Notes: generated from the letters alone by a model not told the origin. Shown: positions 37,615 to 47,965, counted from the stretch's first letter. The stretch is 64,000 nt of DNA from an uncultured Bacillales bacterium (GCA_946624985.1 CAMOSQ010000002.1:27233-91232), one strand, 5' to 3'. Numbers and translations: made by a program.

Positions 37615-39735
37615 TTAATCCCCCCTATAGTCACCAATTTTTTTATCTAAATTGTCTTTGATTAATTTTTCTATTATTTCACTAGGAAGTGTCTCGCATA
37701 CTTTATCTGCGTTTATATGTGTATCTATGAAATAATAGTCAGCTAAATATATATATCCTACATCTTCATTATTAAATTTAACTGGTTTATTGAATGCTAG
37801 TGCAAAATGATATCCTTTTTTGCTAAGTCTTTTTATATCGTCCTCGTTTACAAGCATATTTGATACACTTGTTAGGAAATATACATGACTTTTAGCGTAG
37901 TCATTATCAATTGTTGAAATTATTTTATCAAGTTTTTTATCTTTTCCGTATAGTTTATTTGGAATATAAACTATATATTTAGAGTCATAGTCGTGTTTCA
38001 TTATGTCATTTACAATTTTACATAGTAGCAAGTTAAGTAATACTGCTATTTTATCTTCTGCAACTATTCCTTCTGTATATGTTTTATCAACGATATAGTC
38101 GCTATATACCTTACTAAAGTTAATATTGTGATTCAATACAACTCCGTATAAGTTTTTTTGGCCTGCAATTTTGTTATATTGATCTTTAAATGTGTTTGTA
38201 TCTAGTTTGTCTAAAATTTCTTTTAAGCATTCATTTGAAAAGTTAATTATATTTGATATGTCAAATGCCATTTTATCAATTATTTCTTCTTCATATTCCC
38301 AATAGGAATTTATTTCTTTTTTATAATCAATGTTTCCGTTTTTATTTTCAATAGTGTTTATGAATTCAAATGCTTTAGAGTATGCTTCTATAGTTTTAAT
38401 TTTTCTTTCGTCTCTAACAAATTTTGTTTTAAGTTCTTTTATGTATGAATCCATTAGTTTTTTAATATTTATTCTATCTGATTCAATTCCAAAGTATTTA
38501 AAATTCATATATTGCTCGATAAATTCTTTTCTCATTGGAGATTTTAGTACATATACTTTTTCTTTATTTAAAAATACATCTATGATTTCATCGTAAACAA
38601 TTCTTTTTATATAGAATGTCTTATCTAAAATATTTTTTGCTTTTTTACTTTTTATCTTTTCACTAATGTATTCTTTAGTAATTTTCTTTTCTTCAACTGG
38701 CGCAGTTATTTCTTCAGCGTTTAGTTTTAGTCCTACAACTTCTGTAAATTTTTCTTTTTGATTTTCTATTTTTTTATTTTCTTCTTTTTCAACATCAACT
38801 GAATCTGCAGATATTATTCTAAATACTGATGTTTTACTTAGTTCATCTACGTTTATATCAACTAGTTCTGCTGTTTCTTCTTTATTATCTTCATGATAAT
38901 AATGTGGTTTATCATCCGATTGGATGTCAATCATTCTAAACATTGCAGTATTTCCAAATTTATCATCGTCTATCGTTTCTTGTTTTTCTTCGTTTTCGGT
39001 GTTATTTTCTTCTATATTATTGTTGTTATCAGTTTCTTTTAAAGATTCATTGTCATTTATAACAGTTATGATATTTGATGGTGTTTGTACTGCTACTTTT
39101 GGTTCTTCTTCAATTATTTCTTTAGGGTTTTCTAGTACAACTTTTACTTTTTCTGATTTAATTTCATTTTTTGTTTTATTTTTTAGAATTTTTCTTTTTA
39201 ATATTTTAATTATTTTTTCTATTAATAAATCAAAATCACTTTTTCCTGTTTTAAATGTTAGATTAAATAGATAAAGGCAAACTATAAGTGCGATTATTAC
39301 GATAGGGTTAAAAATTGTTTTTCTTAAGATTCCAAATCCGTGCAATGTCTTAATTACTTTTCCAACTACCTGTTCTCTATCTATTGCCTCGTCTTTTGTA
39401 TTATTTGCGTCTCCTTTTGTAACATATGATCCTTTGTATATTTCAACAACTCTATGTGTGATATAATCTTTTCCATGTTTATATGTAATGATATCGTTTA
39501 TTTTTACATCTTTTGTAGTTTTTATGATAATCCAATCGCCAGATTCTATTGTTCCGTGCATACTTCCAGTTTGAACTTCAAATAATGAGTATCCAAAAAA
39601 ATTTGCGTATTCATTTTTTAAAATTTTTACTTGAACTGCTGTATACATAGATATCAATAAAAAAATAGCAAATATGACTATTAAAATATTCAAAGTACAA
39701 TCAATTATTTTACCAACCAATTTATTCTTTTTCAT
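37615..39735 (-). CDS. SipW-type signal peptidase I fused to a roughly 530-aa C-terminal extension
   Basis: The N-terminal 165 aa carry a TM helix, QTGSMHGTIESGDWIIIK (Ser), ITHRVV (His), KGDANNTKDE and a second TM helix. An acidic low-complexity linker and a large unknown domain follow. Confidence 0.65.
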   Translation of the reverse strand: MKKNKLVGKIIDCTLNILIVIFAIFLLISMYTAVQVKILKNEYANFFGYSLFEVQTGSMHGTIESGDWIIIKTTKDVKINDIITYKHGKDYITHRVVEIYKGSYVTKGDANNTKDEAIDREQVVGKVIKTLHGFGILRKTIFNPIVIIALIVCLYLFNLTFKTGKSDFDLLIEKIIKILKRKILKNKTKNEIKSEKVKVVLENPKEIIEEEPKVAVQTPSNIITVINDNESLKETDNNNNIEENNTENEEKQETIDDDKFGNTAMFRMIDIQSDDKPHYYHEDNKEETAELVDINVDELSKTSVFRIISADSVDVEKEENKKIENQKEKFTEVVGLKLNAEEITAPVEEKKITKEYISEKIKSKKAKNILDKTFYIKRIVYDEIIDVFLNKEKVYVLKSPMRKEFIEQYMNFKYFGIESDRINIKKLMDSYIKELKTKFVRDERKIKTIEAYSKAFEFINTIENKNGNIDYKKEINSYWEYEEEIIDKMAFDISNIINFSNECLKEILDKLDTNTFKDQYNKIAGQKNLYGVVLNHNINFSKVYSDYIVDKTYTEGIVAEDKIAVLLNLLLCKIVNDIMKHDYDSKYIVYIPNKLYGKDKKLDKIISTIDNDYAKSHVYFLTSVSNMLVNEDDIKRLSKKGYHFALAFNKPVKFNNEDVGYIYLADYYFIDTHINADKVCETLPSEIIEKLIKDNLDKKIGDYRGD

Positions 39736-39832
39736 ATAATTACCTACTATCTATACTATACATTAATTTTACCATAATTCGACATTGTTTGCAACCACAA
39801 ATGATAAATTCAAAGACAAAAAAAATGAGTTT

Positions 39833-40381
39833 TTACTCATTTTTTGATTCAGTATAATCTTCTTCTTTACCATATTTAATTTCAACAATTAATGAGTATA
39901 ATTGATAAACAAATAGGAAGAAGTTAGGAACTAAAATTATGAACAAGAATCCCCATTTTGATTCAATGACTCCTAAATAAGTACCTAAGTCAGGATAAAT
40001 TTTTTCACCTGTACCTATTATAAAATCATCTGAATATGTTTCACCATTTGAGAATGTAATTGCATTATCTTCTTCATGAATTTGTCCTATAGTTCCAAGT
40101 TGAATATCAAATCCACCTTTACCATCTAAATGATAAACAAATGCTTCTTCTCCAATTTGATAATTCTTAACTGGCTTACTTTCTACTATAACTAAACTAC
40201 CTTTTTTATATGTTTCTGAACTGAAACCATTTTTAATAATAAGTAATGATGTATCATCAAATTGAGTTATACCAAATTTATTATAATTTAAAAGTAATAT
40301 TGTCATTGTAACTGTAAATGCAAAAAATATAACCAAAACTATTCCTATCAAAATTCTTTTAATCGTCTTTAAGACATTCAT
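39833..40381 (-). CDS. Catalytically degenerate SipW-like protein
   Basis: It has the same architecture (N-terminal TM, beta core, C-terminal TM) and is alignable to the SipW core (LLIIKNGFSSETYKKGSLVIVE versus TVVSGSMKPKYNIGDVLIAKE). The SGSM nucleophile is replaced by KNGF. Confidence 0.45.
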   Translation of the reverse strand: MNVLKTIKRILIGIVLVIFFAFTVTMTILLLNYNKFGITQFDDTSLLIIKNGFSSETYKKGSLVIVESKPVKNYQIGEEAFVYHLDGKGGFDIQLGTIGQIHEEDNAITFSNGETYSDDFIIGTGEKIYPDLGTYLGVIESKWGFLFIILVPNFFLFVYQLYSLIVEIKYGKEEDYTESKNE

Positions 40382-40445
40382 ATATCTAACCACCTATTCT
40401 ACTTATATATTTATGATATCATAAACCATCTTCTTTTGCAACACC

Positions 40446-41309
40446 CTAGCATTCATTTATTTCACTAACAATTATATCGCTATAATTTGTTAGTCCATCT
40501 TTGCTATAAAAGGTAATTTTATAGTTATTCATGCTTTCAATTCCAAAGCTGAATGAATTTACATAATTATTGTTATCTGATGATAAAATATTAAAGTCGT
40601 TTGTTAAATCAACTATTCTTTTTGAAGTATCAAAACTAACTGATAAACATTTACCTGTATCATATGAATTTGAAATAATTAATTCATCGTAAATATCGTA
40701 ATGATTGACATTGTATTCTATATTACCATTGTTTGTTTCATTTTTTTCTAAATTAAATATACCTGTTAGTGTTTTTCTAAATGGTGTTGTGCTATTTACA
40801 GTTATTTTTACGCTAACGTTAGAGATATCTTCTTCTGATGTTATGTCAAAATATAAATCGTTTGTTACTGAAGTTTTTTCCCATGTATATCCTGATACTT
40901 CACATTCTGTTTTATTCATTGAAGATACATCTACTTCATCTACTTCGTTAATGCATCTTGAACTTTTAGATAGTACACCATTAATTGTTGAATTTTTTGT
41001 TCCGTTTAGTGTACAGGTTGCATCTGAATCTATTACTTCACAACTAACTTGATATGCTATATCTTTATCACTTATTAACTCATTGTTTGAATAGTTTTTA
41101 AGATTAAAGTGTACGCTGTTTCCTCCCCAAAATGTATCTACATTTATTTGATTATTTGATAAGTTGTCGCTTGAAAGGTAAAATCCTTGGGATTCTAAAT
41201 AATAATTCCAAACATTACTTGAACTATAGCGTGCTAGTGTAGTAAGAAAAAAGCTTAATCCTAATCCAACTAAAGCAACAATTAAAATTATTTTGTATTT
41301 TTTTTTCAT
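40446..41309 (-). CDS. Secreted protein, SipW-cognate-like N-terminus (LARYSSSNVW class)
   Basis: MKKKYKIILIVALVGLGLSFFLTTLARYSSSNVW shares the LAR[YF]..SSSNVW motif with the 1048-aa protein. Confidence 0.45.
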   Translation of the reverse strand: MKKKYKIILIVALVGLGLSFFLTTLARYSSSNVWNYYLESQGFYLSSDNLSNNQINVDTFWGGNSVHFNLKNYSNNELISDKDIAYQVSCEVIDSDATCTLNGTKNSTINGVLSKSSRCINEVDEVDVSSMNKTECEVSGYTWEKTSVTNDLYFDITSEEDISNVSVKITVNSTTPFRKTLTGIFNLEKNETNNGNIEYNVNHYDIYDELIISNSYDTGKCLSVSFDTSKRIVDLTNDFNILSSDNNNYVNSFSFGIESMNNYKITFYSKDGLTNYSDIIVSEINEC

Positions 41310-41316
41310 ATCTCCC

Positions 41317-41850
41317 CTACACTTTCTGATAACTTTTTATTTCAATATTAATATAATCTATTAAATTTGAATATATTTCATCGTTATAATTTCCGTCAAA
41401 GGTTACTTTTAAAACATAATTATCGGTATATTCTGAATCGTGTGATAATTCTTGAACTGAAGAATTACAAACAAGTTCATTATTCTCATTTCTACTATAT
41501 GTTTCATCACATGACATAATAAGTTCTTCATCTTTATAAAGTTCTATATTTAATGGAGCAAAGTGTGGAGTTAGTATAGTTAATTCATATTCTATTGTAA
41601 CATCACTTGTTATTTCGTCTGATGTGTTGCTTATTGAAAAGTTATAACTATTAATAACGCCAGGTGTTAAATCTATAAGTGGAAGTTCTAATCTATCTAG
41701 TGTTTCAGTATCGAATACAAATTTTGCTAATCTCTGATCAACAGTATTTAAATTACTGTTGGAGTTAAAGTAAGAATATGTTAATCCCAAACTAAGTATA
41801 AAAACTGTAAAAATAATTAATATCATTGTAATTTTATATCTCATATTCAC
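41317..41850 (-). CDS. Small secreted TasA/camelysin-like protein
   Basis: A TM helix is followed by GLTYSYFNSNS and LAKFVF..LTPGVINSYNFSISN, a TasA-like N-terminal pattern. Confidence 0.5.
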   Translation of the reverse strand: MNMRYKITMILIIFTVFILSLGLTYSYFNSNSNLNTVDQRLAKFVFDTETLDRLELPLIDLTPGVINSYNFSISNTSDEITSDVTIEYELTILTPHFAPLNIELYKDEELIMSCDETYSRNENNELVCNSSVQELSHDSEYTDNYVLKVTFDGNYNDEIYSNLIDYINIEIKSYQKV

Positions 41851-41852
41851 CT

Positions 41853-44800
41853 CTAACGAATTATAATATTCTTACTAATACTTCCAACTTTTAAATTATC
41901 TTCATAAAGATCAAATATAAATTTATAACTTGTTTTATCAAGCTTTGATGTATCCAGGTTGATACTAAATGTATTTTCTTCTTGTGGATTTTTTGATACA
42001 TAATATATAGAATCAATAAATCTTTCTAAATTGATATCACTATAATCTTCTAGATCAATCAAGGAATAATCTTGATTATAGGCTGTTAATTCATCTTTCA
42101 TGTACATTGAAACTTTAATATTAGGATTTTCTAATCCTGATTGTTTAATATTAAAACTTAAGTTTGTTATACCTTCTTTATTAATAATTCTACTATCTGA
42201 ATTTATTGAAACATCAAATCCATAGTCAGAACTATTGATATTTTTTGAAACGACAACGGGAATCATTATTCCATTATCAATTACGCTATCATAATATAGA
42301 CCGTCTAAAGATGAATATGCATTAATTTTTATGTAATATGTTCCATCTTTTAATTTTGAGGTTCCTTGATGAGTTATAATTGTTAATAATGTATCAGCAC
42401 TAGTATTTGTATCAAGGTTAACTCTTACAATGTTATCGTTTGATGGAATATATACTTTATCGCCTATCATAAATGTAATATTTTTTAGGTGTTCTCTATT
42501 AACTATTCTACCTTGTGAATCAACAAGTTTAATAGAAAATCCTATTTTCTTGTCAAAAAAACTTGTGTCATAAGCATTACTATAATTAACAATGCTATTT
42601 ATAGGAATATTGTGAATTGAATCAGAGTTATAGTATATAGTTTCTGAATAGTCACTACTTATAGAATGACTTACTCTTGCGTTTTTATTGCTATCAATAT
42701 TAAAACTATTTTTATTAATTGTAGGTCTTACAGTAATATCAGATTTTCCTTCTAAGTACAAATAAATATTATTTAAGTTTGTGTTGATACTAGCTTTACT
42801 AAAATCAACAATTACATCAAATTGTTCGTTTGTTACTGTTGAATTTATGTAGTTTGCATTTTCATTTTTTCCTTTTTCTTTGAATAGAGTGAATGGGTAT
42901 GTTGCGTAACCGTTGGTGTCAAATCCGAATTTGTCACTGCTATTGATAATGTAGCCATATATTTTATTATTAGTCTTATCAATTAATGTAATATTTGTAT
43001 TTTTAGGAAGAACAATATTTGATATTAAATTATGATTAAAATTTAGTTGTTTATTATTTAAATAACTAAAGCTATAGACAATAGTAGAATTACTTGTAAT
43101 ATTATTTCCTGAATTAATTCCTAATGGATGAATACTACTTACATATCCGTCATAAACAATTAACGGAGTTGATGCATAAGATACAAAATCACAACTATCT
43201 GTAACTTTTACATATATAATATATTCTCCCACGTTTTCAAAATGAAGAGGATTATTATATGTAATCCAATTAACGTTATAATCGTTTATATAGCTATTCC
43301 CAATGTAGTATTCAATGCTTTTTATTCCTGATAATGTATCTTCGGCAGTAACACTTATATCAAATGTATGGTCTAAATAGATTGTACTGTCATTTATTGA
43401 GTTATAATGATTATTATCTAGTGTTATATCTATTGTTGAACCTGATTTATCTAAAATTAATAAATCTGAATTAATATAACTTGTATCGTTTCCATTAGCA
43501 ATTTTTATGTATACAACATAGAACCCTTCATCGTTTATTTGGACAATGTCTGTATATGGGGTCCAGGTAACATTTTCTAAATCAGATTTGCTTAAAGCAT
43601 TTTTTGAATTACTGATATAGTAATATTTATCATAGTCATGCACGTCGTCTTTATCACTTATCATAAATGTTATATTATCGTTAAATTGTTTATTTTCTAA
43701 TATATTACTGTATGAATTCCATGTGTAAGTTCCTAAGTTAAGTTCTACATATGGATTAGTAATATCATCAATATATAAAACAGGATACATTTCATCTTCA
43801 AATACCCATGTATTTAGATAGTTTTCTTCTAGATCTTCAAAGTCTACAAAGAGATTATAATTACTTAAAAATTCTTTATTTTTTAAGTTTGCATTTGTTA
43901 CTAAGGTGCTTGATAAGTTATTACCTCTTCCTTCATATGTATAATAATTATTATTAGATGTAATGGTACTATTTGAAGTATCTATTAATAAATCATTATC
44001 AGTTGTAATAAATGAATTGCTTACGGTAAAATCTGAATCAATTGCATATCCAAATAGTCCTCCATTAATATTTCCTGTATTATATACTCTGTCAGCTACA
44101 CTTGTACCTTTTATGATACCAATAGTATTAGAAGAGTATGACGATATATCACTTGTAGAGTATGCATTTATTATGGAGCTATTGTCAATGTAGCCTGCAA
44201 TACCTCCTGATATAAATGATCCGTATATCTCTGCTTTGTTAATACAGTTTATTAAGTTTGAGTTTGATACATATGCACTTATACCTCCACTGATAGTGTA
44301 TGATCCATTGATAGTGCTTAATACATCGGCATTCCCTTCATATAAATCTGATACTATATATCCATCTACCATTATGTTACTTATGTTAGCGTTTGTGATG
44401 CTGTTGGATAAAATTCCTGAGTTATTTCCTTTTATCAATGTATTAGATATATATAGTGAATCTACTTCTCCACTTAGATTTGTAAATAATCCTGAATTAT
44501 CATTATTTATATATAATCCATATATAGTATGGGAGTCTCCATCTAAAATTCCTTTAAATCCATTTAACGATGGAAATATATTTATGCTTCCAATTGGTTC
44601 ATTATCAAAATTTGGATTATTATAATAATTATTGTCTTTTACATAATATACTGTATCATCAATAATATATTCTATTTTATCGTCTTCGTATTTAAAGATT
44701 CCTTCATTAATTTTAATGTTATTAAATATTTTAAAATATTTACCTTCGTAGTTATTATTTTCTAACATTGAGGAAAAGTATGCTAATTCCTCACCATTAG

Positions 44801-44999
44801 AAATAATATATGGATTATTAATCGTTCCATCGCCACTTTTATATTTTGTAGCGATTTCACCGCTCCATACATTACTAGAAGATATGCTTCTATTTTTAAA
44901 TCTAGCAAGTGCTGGGGATTTAAAAAGAAGTAATAATATGAAAATTATAAATAAAATTATAAGAATTACTTTCTCATTTTTATTTAATCTTCTTTCCAT
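41853..44999 (-). CDS. Giant secreted protein with GLUG-like beta-helix repeats and Ig-like modules
   Basis: The N-terminus is SPALARFKNRSISSSNVW, followed by GDGTINNPYIISNGEELAYF. Repeated NSGLFTNL / NSGILSN / GGISAYV / SGGIAGYI / NGGLFGYA units (GLUG-type) follow, then a long beta-rich C-terminus. Confidence 0.55.
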   Translation of the reverse strand: MERRLNKNEKVILIILFIIFILLLLFKSPALARFKNRSISSSNVWSGEIATKYKSGDGTINNPYIISNGEELAYFSSMLENNNYEGKYFKIFNNIKINEGIFKYEDDKIEYIIDDTVYYVKDNNYYNNPNFDNEPIGSINIFPSLNGFKGILDGDSHTIYGLYINNDNSGLFTNLSGEVDSLYISNTLIKGNNSGILSNSITNANISNIMVDGYIVSDLYEGNADVLSTINGSYTISGGISAYVSNSNLINCINKAEIYGSFISGGIAGYIDNSSIINAYSTSDISSYSSNTIGIIKGTSVADRVYNTGNINGGLFGYAIDSDFTVSNSFITTDNDLLIDTSNSTITSNNNYYTYEGRGNNLSSTLVTNANLKNKEFLSNYNLFVDFEDLEENYLNTWVFEDEMYPVLYIDDITNPYVELNLGTYTWNSYSNILENKQFNDNITFMISDKDDVHDYDKYYYISNSKNALSKSDLENVTWTPYTDIVQINDEGFYVVYIKIANGNDTSYINSDLLILDKSGSTIDITLDNNHYNSINDSTIYLDHTFDISVTAEDTLSGIKSIEYYIGNSYINDYNVNWITYNNPLHFENVGEYIIYVKVTDSCDFVSYASTPLIVYDGYVSSIHPLGINSGNNITSNSTIVYSFSYLNNKQLNFNHNLISNIVLPKNTNITLIDKTNNKIYGYIINSSDKFGFDTNGYATYPFTLFKEKGKNENANYINSTVTNEQFDVIVDFSKASINTNLNNIYLYLEGKSDITVRPTINKNSFNIDSNKNARVSHSISSDYSETIYYNSDSIHNIPINSIVNYSNAYDTSFFDKKIGFSIKLVDSQGRIVNREHLKNITFMIGDKVYIPSNDNIVRVNLDTNTSADTLLTIITHQGTSKLKDGTYYIKINAYSSLDGLYYDSVIDNGIMIPVVVSKNINSSDYGFDVSINSDSRIINKEGITNLSFNIKQSGLENPNIKVSMYMKDELTAYNQDYSLIDLEDYSDINLERFIDSIYYVSKNPQEENTFSINLDTSKLDKTSYKFIFDLYEDNLKVGSISKNIIIR

Positions 45000-45010
45000 A
45001 TTATCACCTC

Positions 45011-46090
45011 CTATAATCCTTCATAACCAGCTAAATCTTTTTCTAAATCTAGATTTAATGCTACTGGTGCTCCTTCAGAATGAACCTCTAGTGCATCAAC
45101 GTCTTGTCCTTCTATCCATACATAAACGCGACATTTAGTAATACCATTTGGAATTTGAAAAATAGGTTTAGAAAAATCACTTTCAAATATTGTATGTTGT
45201 AGTGCAAAATGTTCTGTATCAAGACTAACGCCGGAATTTATAAATCCACTCTTGTGATCTAAATAAGCACCTTCTGCTATAACACCATAAGTTGGAACAT
45301 AAGTATTATCAGAAAGACTAATTCCTAAATCGCTAGCTGCTTTAATTGATTCCTCATTATGACTTAAACTATTTGGTTCATAAATAACAGACATACATCC
45401 ACCATTACATTTTAGATTCTGAATAGTATTAACATCAGCCTTCAGGTCAGTCTCACCAATTTTAACAATTCCCATTCTCATTGTATTAAAAATATCTTGC
45501 ATTTTTTCACGAGTTTCATCGTCAGCAGTATCATCAAAATCAATATATGTAGTACGACCAATGTACAAATTATCTTTTTTAGGGGAACCAGATACATTCT
45601 TTAGAAATATATCGAATGCAACATACTGATTCCAATCACTAGCTTTATCTTCAGGTATCAATGTAGTATTTACAAATCTAATACCTTTTCTAGCTTTATC
45701 TGTGTATTTACCCATACTACCATTATACATAGCAAACTTATCAGAATTAGGATTAGGAATACCATTAGACGAAACAGACCATAATCCTGTATTTGCCCAT
45801 TGATTTGTATGATTTGGATATAATCTCTTCAAATCAGTAATAATCGTATCGTGAGAGATATCAACAGAATCAGAAAAATTAATACCATCTAAAGAAATAA
45901 ATAACCCAGTTTCAGTAGAAACTTTTACATCAAAAAATTTAACTTTAACATTAAGTGAAGCAGAAAACCATGCATAAGTTGCGAAAGTAAGTAAAACACC
46001 TATAAAAAATGTTACTAAAAATACTAATTTAGCTTTTCTACTAAACTTAGGAAGTTTAAACTTAAACTTTTTTTTCTCTTCTGTTTCCAT
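45011..46090 (-). CDS. Secreted fibre-family paralog (359 aa), SipW-cognate N-terminus
   Basis: It has FATYAWFSA. Family motifs are YVAFDIFLKNVSG, MRMGIVKIG and CRVYVWIEGQDVD. Confidence 0.55.
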   Translation of the reverse strand: METEEKKKFKFKLPKFSRKAKLVFLVTFFIGVLLTFATYAWFSASLNVKVKFFDVKVSTETGLFISLDGINFSDSVDISHDTIITDLKRLYPNHTNQWANTGLWSVSSNGIPNPNSDKFAMYNGSMGKYTDKARKGIRFVNTTLIPEDKASDWNQYVAFDIFLKNVSGSPKKDNLYIGRTTYIDFDDTADDETREKMQDIFNTMRMGIVKIGETDLKADVNTIQNLKCNGGCMSVIYEPNSLSHNEESIKAASDLGISLSDNTYVPTYGVIAEGAYLDHKSGFINSGVSLDTEHFALQHTIFESDFSKPIFQIPNGITKCRVYVWIEGQDVDALEVHSEGAPVALNLDLEKDLAGYEGL

Positions 46091-46110
46091 CTAATACCTC
46101 CATTTAATAA

Positions 46111-46143
46111 ATTAAGGAATAACCAACCTGATTATTCCTTAAT
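46111..46143 (-). terminator. Intercistronic 12-bp stem-loop (attenuator/processing site candidate)
   Basis: The stem attaaggaataa/ttattccttaat lies between the 572-aa and 359-aa genes, directly before the next RBS. Confidence 0.45.
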
Positions 46144-46192
46144 CATTCTTATTACATAACCATTTTAGTCAGTATATTTAAATTATTTTAAA

Positions 46193-47911
46193 TTATGGTT
46201 CTTGTGTAGGTGTAGTTGTTGGTGTTACAGTTACAGCAACAACTTCTGTAGCTAAGTTACCAGCTTCATCCTCTACTTCGTAAAGAATTCTATATATTCC
46301 TGGAACAGCAGTATTTACTACACCACTTTGAACAACAGCACTCTTATTAATTGTAGAAACATTATCAGTTACAGAATCTACTTCTGGAGCTGTAAATGAT
46401 CCACCTTGAGTAACTGTCATATTTTGATTAGTTCCAGTTGCAAAATGAATTACTGGAGCAGTATGGTCAGCAGCCTTTATTGCAGCTTTAATATCAGCTT
46501 CTGGAGATTCAGAAGTTAATCCAGCAGCAGTTAAAATACTAGCTCTTTTTGCAGCAGCATCTTCACCAGCTATAGGTCCAGCTCCCTGGTTAAGATCTGG
46601 TCCAGCGTAATTTATATCATCCTCAGTAAATCTTTCCTTAGTAAATCCAAATTTAACAGAAATTTGTTTTCCAATTGAAGCAAAATCATAGTTATCGATA
46701 TCTTGTCCTTCAAGATAAATGTAAACTCTTACTTTTGTTACACTGTTTGGAGCTAAAGACATAAATTGTGGTCTTTCAACACCAGTTTTTAATTTCATAG
46801 TATCTGTGAAATATGGAACTGGGAATAAATATTTACCATTTGAAGTTTCTCCTTCTCCTGGAACAGCTATAGCATCAGCATATGAAGATGCAACATCTGT
46901 AGTATATTTGTTATAATCATTACCATCATATACATCTACAGCATTTTCAACTTTAATTTCTTTACCAATTGCGTAAGTTTTATAAGCTTGTCCGTTTACA
47001 ACAGTCTTACAAGTAGTTGATGATGCAACATTATATGATGCAGCAGCTGAAGTATCAGCTCCATTTCTTTCCATACATGTTGTATTATACCAAGTTAATG
47101 CATTTGCTACGTGACTTGTATCATTTGGTTCCCAAATAGTAGCTGTACGACAAATACCAGTTACGCCATCTGCTTCAGCACCAGTAGCGCCATTACAAGT
47201 AATTCCTTGAATAAGTGCGATGTCGTCACCTTCAGTTTTTGTAGTAGTTGGAGCTTTAACTCTACCTATTTGAGCAAATGCTACTCTTACTGAGTTTTCG
47301 ATACCAGCATCTCTAACACCGGTAGATCCTACAGTAACCTTAGAATCATTTGTTAAATAAATAGCTTCCTCATTAAGTTCATTGTAATTTGAATAGTATT
47401 CAGTACCAGATGAGTTTCTTATGAATAAGTCAAATACTACATATCCATCAGGATTACTTCCTTTTGCAGCATTAGGTACACGGCTTGACATAAGTCTATA
47501 TCCACCTTTTGTAGCAGTTAAACTTCCTTTTTCATATAATTTCATTCTGCTTGCAGCAGCATCAATTTCACCAACTGTTGATACAGGAATTAATCCTCTT
47601 CCAGCCCAGTTATTTGTATTGTCTTTATATAAGTTTGATGTATCAGTCCTGTTATTCTTTTCAGGATCAGTTGTATTAGGGTTCATATAGTTATTTTTAT
47701 TAATTGTAACAGTATCAGACCAGTTAATACCATCAAGTGACAATTCCAAGCTTTTTGTAGCAGCAATTTCAACTTCAAATGGATTTACACTAACAGTTCT
47801 CATACCTATAAACCATGCATAAGTCGCAGATCCAAATACGATAGCCGTAAAAGTAAATATTATTGCAAGGTTTAAAATTCGTTTTTTTCTTTTATTTTCT
47901 TTTCTTGCCAT
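46193..47911 (-). CDS. Major secreted fibre-family protein A (572 aa) with C-terminal Ig-like (DUF5011-type) domain
   Basis: It has SATYAWFIGMRTVSV. Family motifs are GYVVFDLFIRNSSG, SVRVAFAQIG and VRVYIYLEGQDIDNYDFASIGKQISVKFGF. The C-terminus reads HTAPVI...GIYRILYEVEDEAGN. It has an Ala/Gly/Thr/Val-rich composition. Confidence 0.6.
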   Translation of the reverse strand: MARKENKRKKRILNLAIIFTFTAIVFGSATYAWFIGMRTVSVNPFEVEIAATKSLELSLDGINWSDTVTINKNNYMNPNTTDPEKNNRTDTSNLYKDNTNNWAGRGLIPVSTVGEIDAAASRMKLYEKGSLTATKGGYRLMSSRVPNAAKGSNPDGYVVFDLFIRNSSGTEYYSNYNELNEEAIYLTNDSKVTVGSTGVRDAGIENSVRVAFAQIGRVKAPTTTKTEGDDIALIQGITCNGATGAEADGVTGICRTATIWEPNDTSHVANALTWYNTTCMERNGADTSAAASYNVASSTTCKTVVNGQAYKTYAIGKEIKVENAVDVYDGNDYNKYTTDVASSYADAIAVPGEGETSNGKYLFPVPYFTDTMKLKTGVERPQFMSLAPNSVTKVRVYIYLEGQDIDNYDFASIGKQISVKFGFTKERFTEDDINYAGPDLNQGAGPIAGEDAAAKRASILTAAGLTSESPEADIKAAIKAADHTAPVIHFATGTNQNMTVTQGGSFTAPEVDSVTDNVSTINKSAVVQSGVVNTAVPGIYRILYEVEDEAGNLATEVVAVTVTPTTTPTQEP

Positions 47912-47937
47912 TTCAATTTCCTTTCTAATTTATTTTT

Positions 47938-47965
47938 GTAAAGGGTAATAAAGATTACCCTTTAC
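47938..47965 (-). terminator. Intercistronic perfect 12-bp stem-loop
   Basis: The stem gtaaagggtaat/attaccctttac with a 4-nt loop lies between the two about-570-aa paralogs. There is no U run on the minus strand, so it may be a stabiliser or partial terminator. Confidence 0.45.
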
